A stretch of 62,766 nucleotides of DNA, filler included, from a bacterium (GTDB lineage: Bacteria > JAMORN01), in assembly GCA_027063545.1 (NCBI GenBank). It is 12 parts of 12 records of this genome, joined end to end, with 100 filler letters (N's around TTAATTAATTAA, not from the genome) between each part and the next. Parts side by side here need not be neighbours in the genome. Positions count along the whole stretch, not along the records: positions 27,589 to 32,966 come from JAMORN010000186.1; positions 33,067 to 38,355 come from JAMORN010000187.1; positions 38,456 to 43,714 come from JAMORN010000188.1; 9 more parts are not named here. The stretch is one strand, 5' to 3'. The notes beneath the pieces were generated by a model. That model saw nothing but the letters and a program-made list of their open reading frames with translations, was not told where the DNA came from and ran no database searches. This document shows, piece after piece, positions 28,777-38,515 of this stretch. The stretch's first letter is position 1. Every line of letters starts with the position of its first letter. A program made the translations under genes and the position numbers.

Positions 28777-30306
28777 ATGGGAAAGAAAGCTGTGTTTTTG
28801 AATCCACCATTTAAATATCGTTATTCAAGGGAAATGCGTTCACCAGCTGTAACTAAAAGTGGTACTCTTTATTATCCAATGTGGCTTGCTTATGCAGCTG
28901 GGTATACTCAAGATGCGGGTATAGAAATTGATTTGATTGATGCTCCTCCAAAGGGATTGTACGGAGAGGAATTATATAATAAAATAAAAAATGATGATCC
29001 TTTTTTACTTGTAATGGAAACTTCTACTCCAGCTATAGATTTTGAAGCAAAGGTTGCAAAGGAAATAAAAGATTATATTGGTGATGATCTTTTTGTGATA
29101 TTAGTGGGTACCCATGTAACAGCATTACCTAACGAAGTAATGAATAAATATCCTTGGGTAGATGCTGTGGCTGTTGGGGAGTATGATGAAACTATAAGGG
29201 AATTAGCTTTAGCACTAAAAGAAGGTAAGGATCCTGTTTCTGTAAAAGGAATGGTTTTAAGACAGGAAGATGGTACTTTAAAACATACAGGTGTTAGACC
29301 TTTAATAGAGGATCTAGATAAATTACCATGGGTAAGTAAGATATACAAACAATTTTTAGATTATAAAGATTACTTCTATTCCCATTCTAGACATCCAATT
29401 GTAACTATAGTTACAGGTAGAGGATGCCCTTATCAATGTACTTATTGTGTTCTTCCTCAAACAATGATGGGACATAAATATAGAGTAAGAAGTATTGATG
29501 ATGTTGTGGGAGAGTTGTTGTGGATTCAGGAAAATTTTCCAGATGTAGAAGAAATAATGATAGAAGATGATACTTTAACAGTAAATAAGAAAAGGGTTAT
29601 TGAATTATCGAAAAAATTAATAGAAGCAGGTTTTAAAATACCATGGAGTGCTAACTCTAGAGCTGATGTAGATGAAGAGGCTTTAATATGGATGAGAAAA
29701 GCTGGATGTAGATTATTATGTGTAGGATTTGAAAGTGCAGATCAAAAAATATTAGACAATATAAAAAAGAATATAAAAGTTGAACAATATTTTAAGTTTA
29801 GAGAAGCTACTAAGAAAGCAGGAATAATGGTACATGGATGTTTTATGGTTGGTAATAAAGGTGAGACAAAGGAAACATTGAGAAAAACTTTAGAATTAGC
29901 TAAAAAATTAAATACTGATACTGTTCAATTTTTTCCTATAATGGTATATCCGGGAACAGAGGCTTATGAATGGGCTAAACAAAATAATTATTTAGATACC
30001 ACAGATTTTAGTGAATGGTTAACAGAAGAAGGATGGCATAAATGTGTGGTTTCTACAGAGGAAGTTACAAGTGAAGAGTTAGTAGAGTTTTGTGATCAAG
30101 CAAGAATAGAATATTATTTAAGACCAGCATATATATGGTATAAATTAGTCCAGTCAATAAAAAATCCAGAAGAAGGAAAGAGAAATTTAAAGTCATTTAA
30201 GACTTTTTTCAAGTATTTGATAAAAGCTATATTAGGTGTTAGATTTAGATTAAAACCTTTTAGACCTAGATATGAAGTAAAAAAAGAGGTGAAGAAGGCA
30301 TCTTAA
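28777..30306 (+). CDS. Cobalamin-dependent radical SAM protein (HpnJ-like)
   Basis: YYPMWLAYAA, LVGTHVT, GEYD, TGRGCPYQCTYC, EDDT, VGFES, YPGT. Confidence 0.85.
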   Translation: MGKKAVFLNPPFKYRYSREMRSPAVTKSGTLYYPMWLAYAAGYTQDAGIEIDLIDAPPKGLYGEELYNKIKNDDPFLLVMETSTPAIDFEAKVAKEIKDYIGDDLFVILVGTHVTALPNEVMNKYPWVDAVAVGEYDETIRELALALKEGKDPVSVKGMVLRQEDGTLKHTGVRPLIEDLDKLPWVSKIYKQFLDYKDYFYSHSRHPIVTIVTGRGCPYQCTYCVLPQTMMGHKYRVRSIDDVVGELLWIQENFPDVEEIMIEDDTLTVNKKRVIELSKKLIEAGFKIPWSANSRADVDEEALIWMRKAGCRLLCVGFESADQKILDNIKKNIKVEQYFKFREATKKAGIMVHGCFMVGNKGETKETLRKTLELAKKLNTDTVQFFPIMVYPGTEAYEWAKQNNYLDTTDFSEWLTEEGWHKCVVSTEEVTSEELVEFCDQARIEYYLRPAYIWYKLVQSIKNPEEGKRNLKSFKTFFKYLIKAILGVRFRLKPFRPRYEVKKEVKKAS

Positions 30307-30308
30307 AT

Positions 30309-31172
30309 ATGAGAATTTTATATTTTTGTTTACTTTTTATTATTGGTAGCTTTTTTTTATTGAAAGCAGAAAGCTTAGGCTTTTATTCTTTTGGGACAAA
30401 TTTATTTAATGGGAGAGAGAATTTTTATTTTTATTATGATAATTTGATGGTAAATTATATAGAAAATAATCTTTTTTTAACATTGAACTATAATGGTTTT
30501 ATTATTTCTTCTGAAAATATCCCTATTAATACATTAAGTTTATACTACGTAAACAAAAATTCTTTTATAGGATTTAAATTTGTTAATAATAATATATCTA
30601 ATCTAGAATATAGGGATAGTGTTGCATTATATGAACCAATAACAAAATTTAATGTATATAAAGATTTATTTTCAATAAATTATTATAAAAAATTTCCATT
30701 AGATTTTTTTGATATAGGGTTATTATATGATTTTTATTATATTAGAACTCAGGTAATAGAAGAAACAGATAATTCAAAAGGTACATCTATTTATTTGAAT
30801 TTGAAAAAGAATTGGGCAAGAAATTCTTTTATTATATATACTGGTATATATAATTATAATTTTGACGATACTATTATTTATCCTTTAATTTCTTTAGAAT
30901 TAAATACCCATATTATATATAAAGATAAGATTAAGATTGTTTTTATAAATGAGGAACTATCAAAAGTAAATATAAGAGATCTTTTTGTTAATTACTATAT
31001 AATTATTGATTTTTTAGGTTTGACATTAAGTATGGGTAAAAATATAAAAGATAAAGAAGATATTATAAATACAAATTTTTACTTTTCTTTTAATAATATA
31101 TTATTTAATTTTGGAACAGAAATTTACAAGGATTATAAATTATTGGAAATAGGTTTAACCTTTGGAATATAA
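30309..31172 (+). CDS. Hypothetical secreted/outer-membrane beta-barrel protein
   Basis: Signal peptide, alternating aromatic beta strands, C-terminal IGLTFGI. Confidence 0.45.
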   Translation: MRILYFCLLFIIGSFFLLKAESLGFYSFGTNLFNGRENFYFYYDNLMVNYIENNLFLTLNYNGFIISSENIPINTLSLYYVNKNSFIGFKFVNNNISNLEYRDSVALYEPITKFNVYKDLFSINYYKKFPLDFFDIGLLYDFYYIRTQVIEETDNSKGTSIYLNLKKNWARNSFIIYTGIYNYNFDDTIIYPLISLELNTHIIYKDKIKIVFINEELSKVNIRDLFVNYYIIIDFLGLTLSMGKNIKDKEDIINTNFYFSFNNILFNFGTEIYKDYKLLEIGLTFGI

Positions 31173-31186
31173 AGAGGGATAGTATC

Positions 31187-32032
31187 ATGAATTTTAATGA
31201 TATTATAATGAATCTAAATAAATTCTGGGCTTCTAAAGGGTGTGTAATATTACAACCTATAGATTCTCAGGTTGGGGCTGGAACATTTCATCCAGCTACT
31301 TTTTTAAGAACTTTGGATAAAAAATCTTGGAATGTGGCTTATGTACAACCTTCTCGTAGACCAAAAGATGGAAGATATGGAGAGAACCCTAATAGATGGC
31401 AACATTATTTTCAATATCAAGTTATAATGCAACCATCACCAGATAATATACAAGATTTATATATAGAGAGTTTAGAATCATTGGGTTTAAATATGAGAGA
31501 ACATGATATTAGGTTTGTAGAAGATGATTGGGAATCACCAACCTTAGGGGCTTGGGGGTTAGGATGGGAAGTTTGGCTTGATGGAATGGAAATTACTCAA
31601 TTTACATATTTTCAACAGGTTGGAGGAATAGAACTTGAGGTTATTCCTGTAGAAATAACATATGGTTTGGAAAGAATAGCCATGTATTTACAAGATGTTG
31701 ATGATATAAAGGAGATTGAATGGACAGATGGAGTAAAATATAAAGATATTTTTTTAGATCATGAAGTTGAGTATTCTATTTATAATTTTGAAAAAGCAAA
31801 TATTGAAATTTTATTTGAAGAGTTTAATATTCATGAGCAAGAATGTAAGAGATTAATAGAAGAGGATTTAGTGTATCCAGCTTATGAGCATGTAATGTCT
31901 GCTTCTCATATTTTTAATATTTTAGATGCTAGGGGTGCAATTTCAGTAACTGAAAGGGTTTCTTATATTGCGAGGGTGAGAGAGATAGCTTCTTTATGTG
32001 CAAAAAAATATAAGAAAAAGTATGATTTATAA
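31187..32032 (+). CDS. glyQ: Glycine-tRNA ligase alpha subunit
   Basis: [43 protein letters not shown]. Confidence 0.98.
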   Translation: MNFNDIIMNLNKFWASKGCVILQPIDSQVGAGTFHPATFLRTLDKKSWNVAYVQPSRRPKDGRYGENPNRWQHYFQYQVIMQPSPDNIQDLYIESLESLGLNMREHDIRFVEDDWESPTLGAWGLGWEVWLDGMEITQFTYFQQVGGIELEVIPVEITYGLERIAMYLQDVDDIKEIEWTDGVKYKDIFLDHEVEYSIYNFEKANIEILFEEFNIHEQECKRLIEEDLVYPAYEHVMSASHIFNILDARGAISVTERVSYIARVREIASLCAKKYKKKYDL

Positions 32033-32570
32033 TAATAAAAAATTTATACTCATTTTCTTATTTTTATGGATAAATTTTATATCAAAATCATACTCTAAGG
32101 TAATAGGGAATGGTATAGGTTTCACCTTAGGGGTAAATACACCTAAATATATAACATATAGAATCATAACATCAGATAAAGATATTGTGGATATATGTGG
32201 ATTATTTTATTTCGAAAATTCAGAATACAAAAAAGATGGGTATATTTTTATCGACTGGGGAGTAGGATACAAAAAGAAATTAGGTCAATATTTATACTCA
32301 GGATTGGAATTTAGAAGTTATAATTATAGTAATTTAAGATATTTACTCTATAAAATTAATGATGATGTTGAGAAGAAAAAAGAATATGATACAATTATTT
32401 CTTTTTTATTGGAGTATAATATAAAAAATAAACTATTAAAAAATTTTTGGTTTGTAACAGGCTTAAGTAATGGTTTTGAATATAATTATAGAGATGGAGA
32501 AAAAAAAATCGGTTTTATATATGGTTTTAAAGTAAGTTTGATATATATCTTATATAAATATGAAAAGTAA
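32022..32570 (+). CDS. Hypothetical secreted/outer-membrane protein
   Basis: Signal peptide from the ATG at 32022; beta-strand-rich. Confidence 0.45.
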   Translation: MIYNNKKFILIFLFLWINFISKSYSKVIGNGIGFTLGVNTPKYITYRIITSDKDIVDICGLFYFENSEYKKDGYIFIDWGVGYKKKLGQYLYSGLEFRSYNYSNLRYLLYKINDDVEKKKEYDTIISFLLEYNIKNKLLKNFWFVTGLSNGFEYNYRDGEKKIGFIYGFKVSLIYILYKYEK

Positions 32571-32966
32571 AGTAGCTTTTATATTATTGTTTATTTTGGT
32601 TATTACAGGATTAATAAGAGCTCAAAACAATGCAAATAGTATTTCTAATAGTAATAATTTTAGTATATTAGATACATTAATAAGTTTTGAATCTTATTAT
32701 AATCTAGATAAAAGTAGGGGTGTTGGTCTTTGGGGAGGAGAATCCTTTTTTATCTTCTCAAATGCCTTTTCTAGTTTTATGCAATATGGATTTAGTTATA
32801 TTAAAAGAGATTTAGTTTCTAATGATTTAAGTTTATTAGCATTTGGTGCTTATGGATACGTCAAAGGGGGAGAAGAGCCTTTTGCCATGAATGCTTTTAT
32901 AGGTTATGGAAGTTATTTGACAACATTTTTTAATATGAATATTTATGTAGATAAAAGTTTTTTAAT
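32560..32966 (+). CDS. Hypothetical secreted protein, 3' partial
   Basis: Signal peptide [21 protein letters not shown]; runs into the gap. Confidence 0.5.
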
Positions 32967-33066
32967 NNNNNNNNNNNNNNNNNNNNNNNNNNNNNNNNNN
33001 NNNNNNNNNNTTAATTAATTAANNNNNNNNNNNNNNNNNNNNNNNNNNNNNNNNNNNNNNNNNNNN
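32967..33066. other. Artificial contig linker
   Basis: N44-TTAATTAATTAA-N44. Confidence 0.99.
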
Positions 33067-34218
33067 GCATTGCTTAAAAATATAGACAATCCAGATTTTA
33101 TGAGAGAATATTATCGTCAAATAGCATGGGTTGCTGATAAATCAAAGGGTTTAAAACCAATCTTTGTAATAGAACCAGATACATGGGGATATTTTCTAAA
33201 GGCAAAATTTCACGATGATTCTATAAAGTACAATGAAGCAACAGTGCATGCACATGTTAACGATTTAGGAGAAGGTTATGAGTATCTTTCTGATTTACCC
33301 AATAATCTCCAAGGAGTTGCAAGAGGAATTATAAGAACTATTAGAAAGTATGCTCCAGATGCTTATGTAGGATTTCATGTTAATACATGGGCTGTCTGGG
33401 TTGGGGGACTTATTAGTGGAATTTATGATTCTGATAATGCTAATGGCTTAGTATATTGGGATTCTTTAGATATAGCTTACAGTGCTCAAATAAATGCAAA
33501 GTTTTACAAATCTCTTTTAGGAGATGAAGATAGAGGAGATTTTATAGTAGTAGAAAAATATGGTCTTGATGCAGGAGTTGCTGGAGAAGCTTACTACTGG
33601 GGCGACAAAGAGATGGAAAAATATTTGTATTGGTGTAGTATTCTTTCAGATAGTTTAGATTTGCCATTATTAGGTTGGCAAATTCCTATAGGTCATTTAG
33701 GACTTCCAAACACAACAGATAGTTATGAAGATACTTTTATGCCATATTTTTTTAATCATGTAAATGATTTTATAAAAGTGGGTTTTATTGGAATTTTAGC
33801 GGGTCAGGGACTTCCTGCAGGTACTGACTATTCAACTTCCCCAGAATGGGGGGATCAAGGATGGCTTTTTTCTAAATTAGTTGAATTTGATAAGGGAAGA
33901 CCTTATTTGAGGGCATTATCTATTAATAAACAACAAGCAACATTCTCCATTTCAAAGAATATTAATATTGATATATATCCAAATCCATTTAATCCTCAAA
34001 CAACAATATATTTAAATAATTTAAAATTAGGAGGAAAAATATTTGTAGCTATATATGATATAAAAGGAAAGCTTTTACAGAGACTATATAAGGGGAAGAT
34101 TAACAGCAAAGATTTAAAATTAACTTGGAATGGAGAAAGTTTTTCCTCAGGAGTATATTTTGTAAAAGTAAAATATAATGGTAATGATATATCCAAAAAA
34201 ATGGTTTTAATTAAATAA
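33067..34218 (+). CDS. Putative glycoside hydrolase-like protein with T9SS type A sorting domain, 5' partial
   Basis: VIEPDTWGY, EKYGLDAG, GWQIP.G, YEDTF; CTD IYPNPFNP...IYDIKG...WNG...SGVYF...KMVLIK. Confidence 0.7.
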   Translation, partial: ALLKNIDNPDFMREYYRQIAWVADKSKGLKPIFVIEPDTWGYFLKAKFHDDSIKYNEATVHAHVNDLGEGYEYLSDLPNNLQGVARGIIRTIRKYAPDAYVGFHVNTWAVWVGGLISGIYDSDNANGLVYWDSLDIAYSAQINAKFYKSLLGDEDRGDFIVVEKYGLDAGVAGEAYYWGDKEMEKYLYWCSILSDSLDLPLLGWQIPIGHLGLPNTTDSYEDTFMPYFFNHVNDFIKVGFIGILAGQGLPAGTDYSTSPEWGDQGWLFSKLVEFDKGRPYLRALSINKQQATFSISKNINIDIYPNPFNPQTTIYLNNLKLGGKIFVAIYDIKGKLLQRLYKGKINSKDLKLTWNGESFSSGVYFVKVKYNGNDISKKMVLIK

Positions 34219-35984
34219 AAAGGAGAGGAAATATGAGAGAAAAATTTAAACAATTATTAATTATTATGGTCATATTATTATTAATTAATACTTATAGTTA
34301 TTCACAAACATCAAAGAATTTAACAAAAGAAGTATGTGGATATTTTGTATATTGGGGACCTGATAACAATTCATTTAAATCTCTTCAAGAAAATCAAGAT
34401 GTATTAACACAAATTTCAATAGGTATATATAGACTTATGCCTGATGGAGTAACATTAGGATATCAAGAATATATTTCTGATAGTGTTATAAATGAAGTAT
34501 TAAAAATGGCTAGAGAATATAATATTAAAACATTTGCTATGTTACAAAACTATAATCCAGATATTCAAAATTCAATAAATCCAGAAATTCAAGGTGATTT
34601 TGATAGTAAAGCTTTACAAACATTAGTAAGTAGTGCTCAAAATAGAACAGAACATATAAAACAAATAATGGCAGAAGTAAGAAAATGGGATTATGATGGC
34701 ATTGAAGTAGATTATGAACAGATGGCTTTGGATGTGAATACTGGAGAGCAGTATAAAGATGATTTTACAGCATTTGTTAGAGAACTTGCTGATTCTTTAC
34801 ATGCTATAGGAAAAGAAATAGCTATAGCAGTACATCCAAAATTTAAAGATGAGGCAACATGGGGAGGTCCAGCAGCACAGGATTATGCTGTTTTATATGA
34901 GATTGTTGATCATTTTAGAATAATGACATATGATTTTAGTTGGTCTATTTCAGCACCAGGAGCAATAGCTCCTTATAGATTTGTTAAAGATGTGTTAAGT
35001 TATACAGTATTAACAGGTACTTATCCAAATCATAGAGAGGAATTTAATATTACCCATGATGGACAAGAGTATTCATGTTTAGGATTAGGGGGAGATAAAG
35101 TATATATGGGAGTAGCTTTTTATGGTTATGATTGGTATAAGTGGGATCCTGGACTTTATGTTGGAGATCCTGATCATGACCCATGGTGGGGAGATGGTGT
35201 TTGTAAAGCTTATCCTTATGATGCTTCTAAAAATACAGGAAGGAGTGATGCTAGAACATGGGAGGAAATCCAAGAAATACTAAATACTTATAATATAACA
35301 CCTGTTTATGAACTTCCAGCTAGAGAACTTCATAAATACTATTGGGGAGATTATGGAAATATGTTAAATTCTGATCCAACTTATGGATATGCTGCTGGTG
35401 GTATTGATTATATAGGAAAAGTAGGGTATTTTGTGTATCCATGTGATACAGGAACGGTTCACTATGATTGGAAATCTTCCCAATATTATAATCCTAAATA
35501 TCCAGATCCTTTTGAAGAGTTTGCTAATCAAAAAGTAAGAAAGGTTTACTTTGAAGATCATATAACAATAGCTCAAAAATTAGCACTTGTAGATACATTT
35601 AATATAAGAGGTATTTCTATTTGGAGATTAGGAGGAGAAGATCCAGAAAATTGGAATACTATTTGGAATTATTTTGGTGTTGGTGAAAGACAACAACAAG
35701 TTAAAAATAATAAAATAGAAAAAAATATTTCCATAAATATATATCCAAATCCATTTAATCCAGTTTCTAATATAGATATAAAAGGTATAGATATAAATAA
35801 AAATTTAAAAGTCTCAGTTTATGATATAAACGGAAAGATGATTTCACAATTATATAATGGTATTATTAAAAGTAAAAATATTAGATTTTCATGGAATGGA
35901 GAGAAATTTTCATCAGGTGTCTATTTTGTAAAGGTAATAAATGGAAATAATATAATAACTAAGAAAATGATTTTAATGAAATAA
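33972..35984 (+). repeat. Two closely related T9SS CTD-coding cassettes (about 33972-34218 and 35737-35984)
   Basis: Shared ATATATCCAAATCCATTTAATCC and TGGAATGGAGA...TCAGG.GT.TATTTTGTAAA.GTA. Confidence 0.6.
34233..35984 (+). CDS. GH18 chitinase-like hydrolase with T9SS type A sorting domain
   Basis: Signal peptide, YDGIEVDYE, IMTYD, FYGYDW, VYFED, GISIWRLG; CTD YPNPFNP...KMILMK. Confidence 0.88.
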   Translation: MREKFKQLLIIMVILLLINTYSYSQTSKNLTKEVCGYFVYWGPDNNSFKSLQENQDVLTQISIGIYRLMPDGVTLGYQEYISDSVINEVLKMAREYNIKTFAMLQNYNPDIQNSINPEIQGDFDSKALQTLVSSAQNRTEHIKQIMAEVRKWDYDGIEVDYEQMALDVNTGEQYKDDFTAFVRELADSLHAIGKEIAIAVHPKFKDEATWGGPAAQDYAVLYEIVDHFRIMTYDFSWSISAPGAIAPYRFVKDVLSYTVLTGTYPNHREEFNITHDGQEYSCLGLGGDKVYMGVAFYGYDWYKWDPGLYVGDPDHDPWWGDGVCKAYPYDASKNTGRSDARTWEEIQEILNTYNITPVYELPARELHKYYWGDYGNMLNSDPTYGYAAGGIDYIGKVGYFVYPCDTGTVHYDWKSSQYYNPKYPDPFEEFANQKVRKVYFEDHITIAQKLALVDTFNIRGISIWRLGGEDPENWNTIWNYFGVGERQQQVKNNKIEKNISINIYPNPFNPVSNIDIKGIDINKNLKVSVYDINGKMISQLYNGIIKSKNIRFSWNGEKFSSGVYFVKVINGNNIITKKMILMK

Positions 35985-36029
35985 TAATTTTATATCCCCT
36001 CCTTATTCATTGTTTACAGACTCTCTATT

Positions 36030-36062
36030 GCCCTCCAAATTCTTGGAGGGTTATTTTTTTTT
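36030..36062 (+). terminator. Rho-independent terminator
   Basis: CCCTCCAA-ATTC-TTGGAGGG followed by TTATTTTTTTTT. Confidence 0.85.
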
Positions 36063-36081
36063 GTTTTTACTCGATTTGTTA

Positions 36082-36696
36082 ATGGGATATAATAAAGAAA
36101 CAGCAGATATCACAATTTATTATCTTGAAACAAAAGATTATGAAATTTTTGTATTTAATGGGTATGCAAATTTAACTTTACCAAGCTCAGTATAGTATGA
36201 AAATAAAATAATATTTTCTTCTTCAAAATATCCTTACGATGAAATTTATTATAAGGATTATGAGACTCTAGAAGAATATCAACTTACTAACAGAAAAGAG
36301 TATATGGCTTATGAGCCTTCATGGTCACCAGATTGTAATAGATCAAGAGGATAATGGTGTGATTATATATTCCATTGACAGATCCTAATGATGATTGATG
36401 GGTTATGGATAAAAGTGGCGAGAATAAAAGAAAGATTACAACAGGGATAGGAGATAAAATATATAGTTAATATTGAAATTTTTATTTATATAATAACCTT
36501 AAGTTGGTATTTATGATATAAATGGAACATTTGTAAAAAAATTATATGATAATAAAGTTATAAAAAGAGATATTAAATTAGTCTATAACAGTAAAGATTT
36601 ACCATCAGGTTTATATATACTTAAAATAAAGAAACATAACAGAAGAATTATTTTCAAGAGATTACTATTATTAAAGATTACTATTATTAAAATAAT
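36082..36696 (+). pseudogene. Decayed TolB/PD40-repeat T9SS cargo gene
   Basis: Fragments YEPSWSPD, WVMDKSGENKRKIT and VGIYDINGTFVKKL...LPSGLYILK...KRLLLLK are interrupted by stops and frameshifts. Confidence 0.7.
36659..36690 (+). repeat. 16-bp tandem duplication
   Basis: AGATTACTATTATTAA twice. Confidence 0.9.
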
Positions 36697-36699
36697 TTT

Positions 36700-37077
36700 T
36701 TATGAAATTGATTCTATAATATTTTTCATAACCTCTTGATCTATAGGTTTTACAATATATAAGGTTGCACCTGCTAAAAAGCCTTTTTTTCTATCAGTTT
36801 CTGAATTTAAAGTAGTAACAAAAACAATAGGTGTAAGTTTATAATTTTCATAACTTCTTAATTTTTTTACAAATTCATATCCATCCATAACAGGCATGTT
36901 AATATCAGATAATATTAGATCATACTGCTTTTTTAAACATTTTTCCAAAGCTTCCATTCCATTTTCTGCCATGTCTACATCAAATCCAAAACTTCTAAGA
37001 AGTGATGAATGATATATTCTTATAGTTAATGAATCATCAACAACAAGAGCTTGTTTTTTTCTTTTAGAAGAACTCAT
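36700..37077 (-). CDS. cheY: CheY-like single-domain response regulator
   Basis: LVVDD, SDINMPVMDG, VTT, YIVKP; start moved to 37077. Confidence 0.82.
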   Translation of the reverse strand: MSSSKRKKQALVVDDSLTIRIYHSSLLRSFGFDVDMAENGMEALEKCLKKQYDLILSDINMPVMDGYEFVKKLRSYENYKLTPIVFVTTLNSETDRKKGFLAGATLYIVKPIDQEVMKNIIESIS

Positions 37078-37882
37078 CTTCTTCCTCCTTAATAGGTTTT
37101 TTATACACAATAGCATCATTTATTTTTACAGGTTCAAATAAAGAAGAAATTCCACTTAAACTTTCAGCATGTCCTAAAAATAAATAGCCTCCACCTACTA
37201 AAATATCGTATAAATTATTAACAGCTTTAATTTTTGCTGGTCTATCAAAATATATAAGGAGATTTTTGCAAAATATATACTGAAACTTTCCTAAAGATTT
37301 TATAAATCTCTCATCTAAAATATTTCCTTCATAAAATTTCACATATTTTTTTATATTATCTTTTATTTTGAATGTGTTATTATCTATAATGTCAAAATAT
37401 TTATTAAGATATGCTTCAGGAAGTTTAGAGACACTTCTATAATTATATAAACCTTCTTTTGCCTTTTTTAGAGCATTAATATCTATATCTACAGCTGTAA
37501 TAGAAAAAGGTCTAAATCCTAATACCTCTTTTAATACAATAGCTATAGAATAAGGTTCTTCTCCTGTAGAAGATGGTATGCTTAATACTCTAATAGGAGA
37601 TCCTAAATTTTCAGTTTGTACTAAATATGCTAAAGCTTTAAGATGAAAAAATTCTCTATAAAAATATGTTTCATTAACAGTTACTTTAGATATAAATTCT
37701 TTTAAAACCATCTTATCTGTTTTTAACATAACTAAATAATCTTTTAGAGAATCTATACCTAACTCCAGCATATGTTCCTTTATTCTAATCTCTAAAAAAT
37801 ATTTTTTATTGTCAGGAATAGTAATTCCTGTATTATCATATACTATTTTTTTAAATTGTTCAAAGTAGTAATTTGTTAGCAT
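37064..37882 (-). CDS. cheR: Chemotaxis methyltransferase CheR
   Basis: TVNETYFYRE, SSTGEEPYSIA, DID, IFCKNLLIYFD, GYLFLGHAES. Confidence 0.93.
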   Translation of the reverse strand: MLTNYYFEQFKKIVYDNTGITIPDNKKYFLEIRIKEHMLELGIDSLKDYLVMLKTDKMVLKEFISKVTVNETYFYREFFHLKALAYLVQTENLGSPIRVLSIPSSTGEEPYSIAIVLKEVLGFRPFSITAVDIDINALKKAKEGLYNYRSVSKLPEAYLNKYFDIIDNNTFKIKDNIKKYVKFYEGNILDERFIKSLGKFQYIFCKNLLIYFDRPAKIKAVNNLYDILVGGGYLFLGHAESLSGISSLFEPVKINDAIVYKKPIKEEEDEFF

Positions 37883-37887
37883 ATAGA

Positions 37888-38355
37888 CTATCCTTGTCTA
37901 TTTTTTAATTCTTGTGCTATTTTCAAATCATCTTCTACAACTTTTTCATTCATACCTATTTTTCTTGCATTTTCTTTTGCCTCTTCAATTATACTCTTAT
38001 CACCTAAATAAATTAATATTTTATAAATCCAGTATTTAATATTTTCATCTTTAATACTTTTTAATTTTTCTTTTAATATAAATATAAATTTATTATCAAA
38101 TAAATTGCCATAAATAATTAAAGATGCAATGGTAGATACAGCATATAAACTTTTAAATTCTTCTTTTTCTAGAACATTTTTTAATATATCAATTACTTTT
38201 TCTCTATATTTAGAGAAATTAGATAAATATTCAATAGCAGAATATTTTACATTAGGATTTTCATCATTAATAAGTTTTTTTAAAGCCTCTAAAGCCTTTT
38301 CTGTTTTTATTTCTTTTAATATATCCAGTCCATACTTTCTAATATTAAAATCTTC
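37888..38355 (-). CDS. HEAT-repeat protein, 5' partial
   Basis: Not in the ORF track. EDFNIRKYGLDIL...ALKKLINDENPNVKYSAIEYL...QG*. Confidence 0.78.
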   Translation of the reverse strand, partial: EDFNIRKYGLDILKEIKTEKALEALKKLINDENPNVKYSAIEYLSNFSKYREKVIDILKNVLEKEEFKSLYAVSTIASLIIYGNLFDNKFIFILKEKLKSIKDENIKYWIYKILIYLGDKSIIEEAKENARKIGMNEKVVEDDLKIAQELKNRQG

Positions 38356-38455
38356 NNNNNNNNNNNNNNNNNNNNNNNNNNNNNNNNNNNNNNNNNNNNT
38401 TAATTAATTAANNNNNNNNNNNNNNNNNNNNNNNNNNNNNNNNNNNNNNNNNNNN
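38356..38455. other. Artificial contig linker
   Basis: N44-TTAATTAATTAA-N44. Confidence 0.99.
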
Positions 38456-38515
38456 CTCATCCTCTACCCTTGGCAAAGACAAACTATCTCCCAACACAAC
38501 AACATTATATCTCAT
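38456..38515 (-). CDS. SGNH/GDSL hydrolase N-terminal fragment
   Basis: MRYNVVVLGDSLSLPRVEDE; ATGA overlap with the neuB stop. Confidence 0.62.

Noticed and set aside
23468-30306. hpnG-hpnJ hopanoid cluster
   Set aside because: The two genes are on separate contigs, and no squalene-hopene cyclase is in view.
36190-36410. Stop-codon readthrough or an alternative genetic code in the PD40 remnant
   Set aside because: Frameshifts are also present, and other genes terminate normally at TAA, TAG and TGA.
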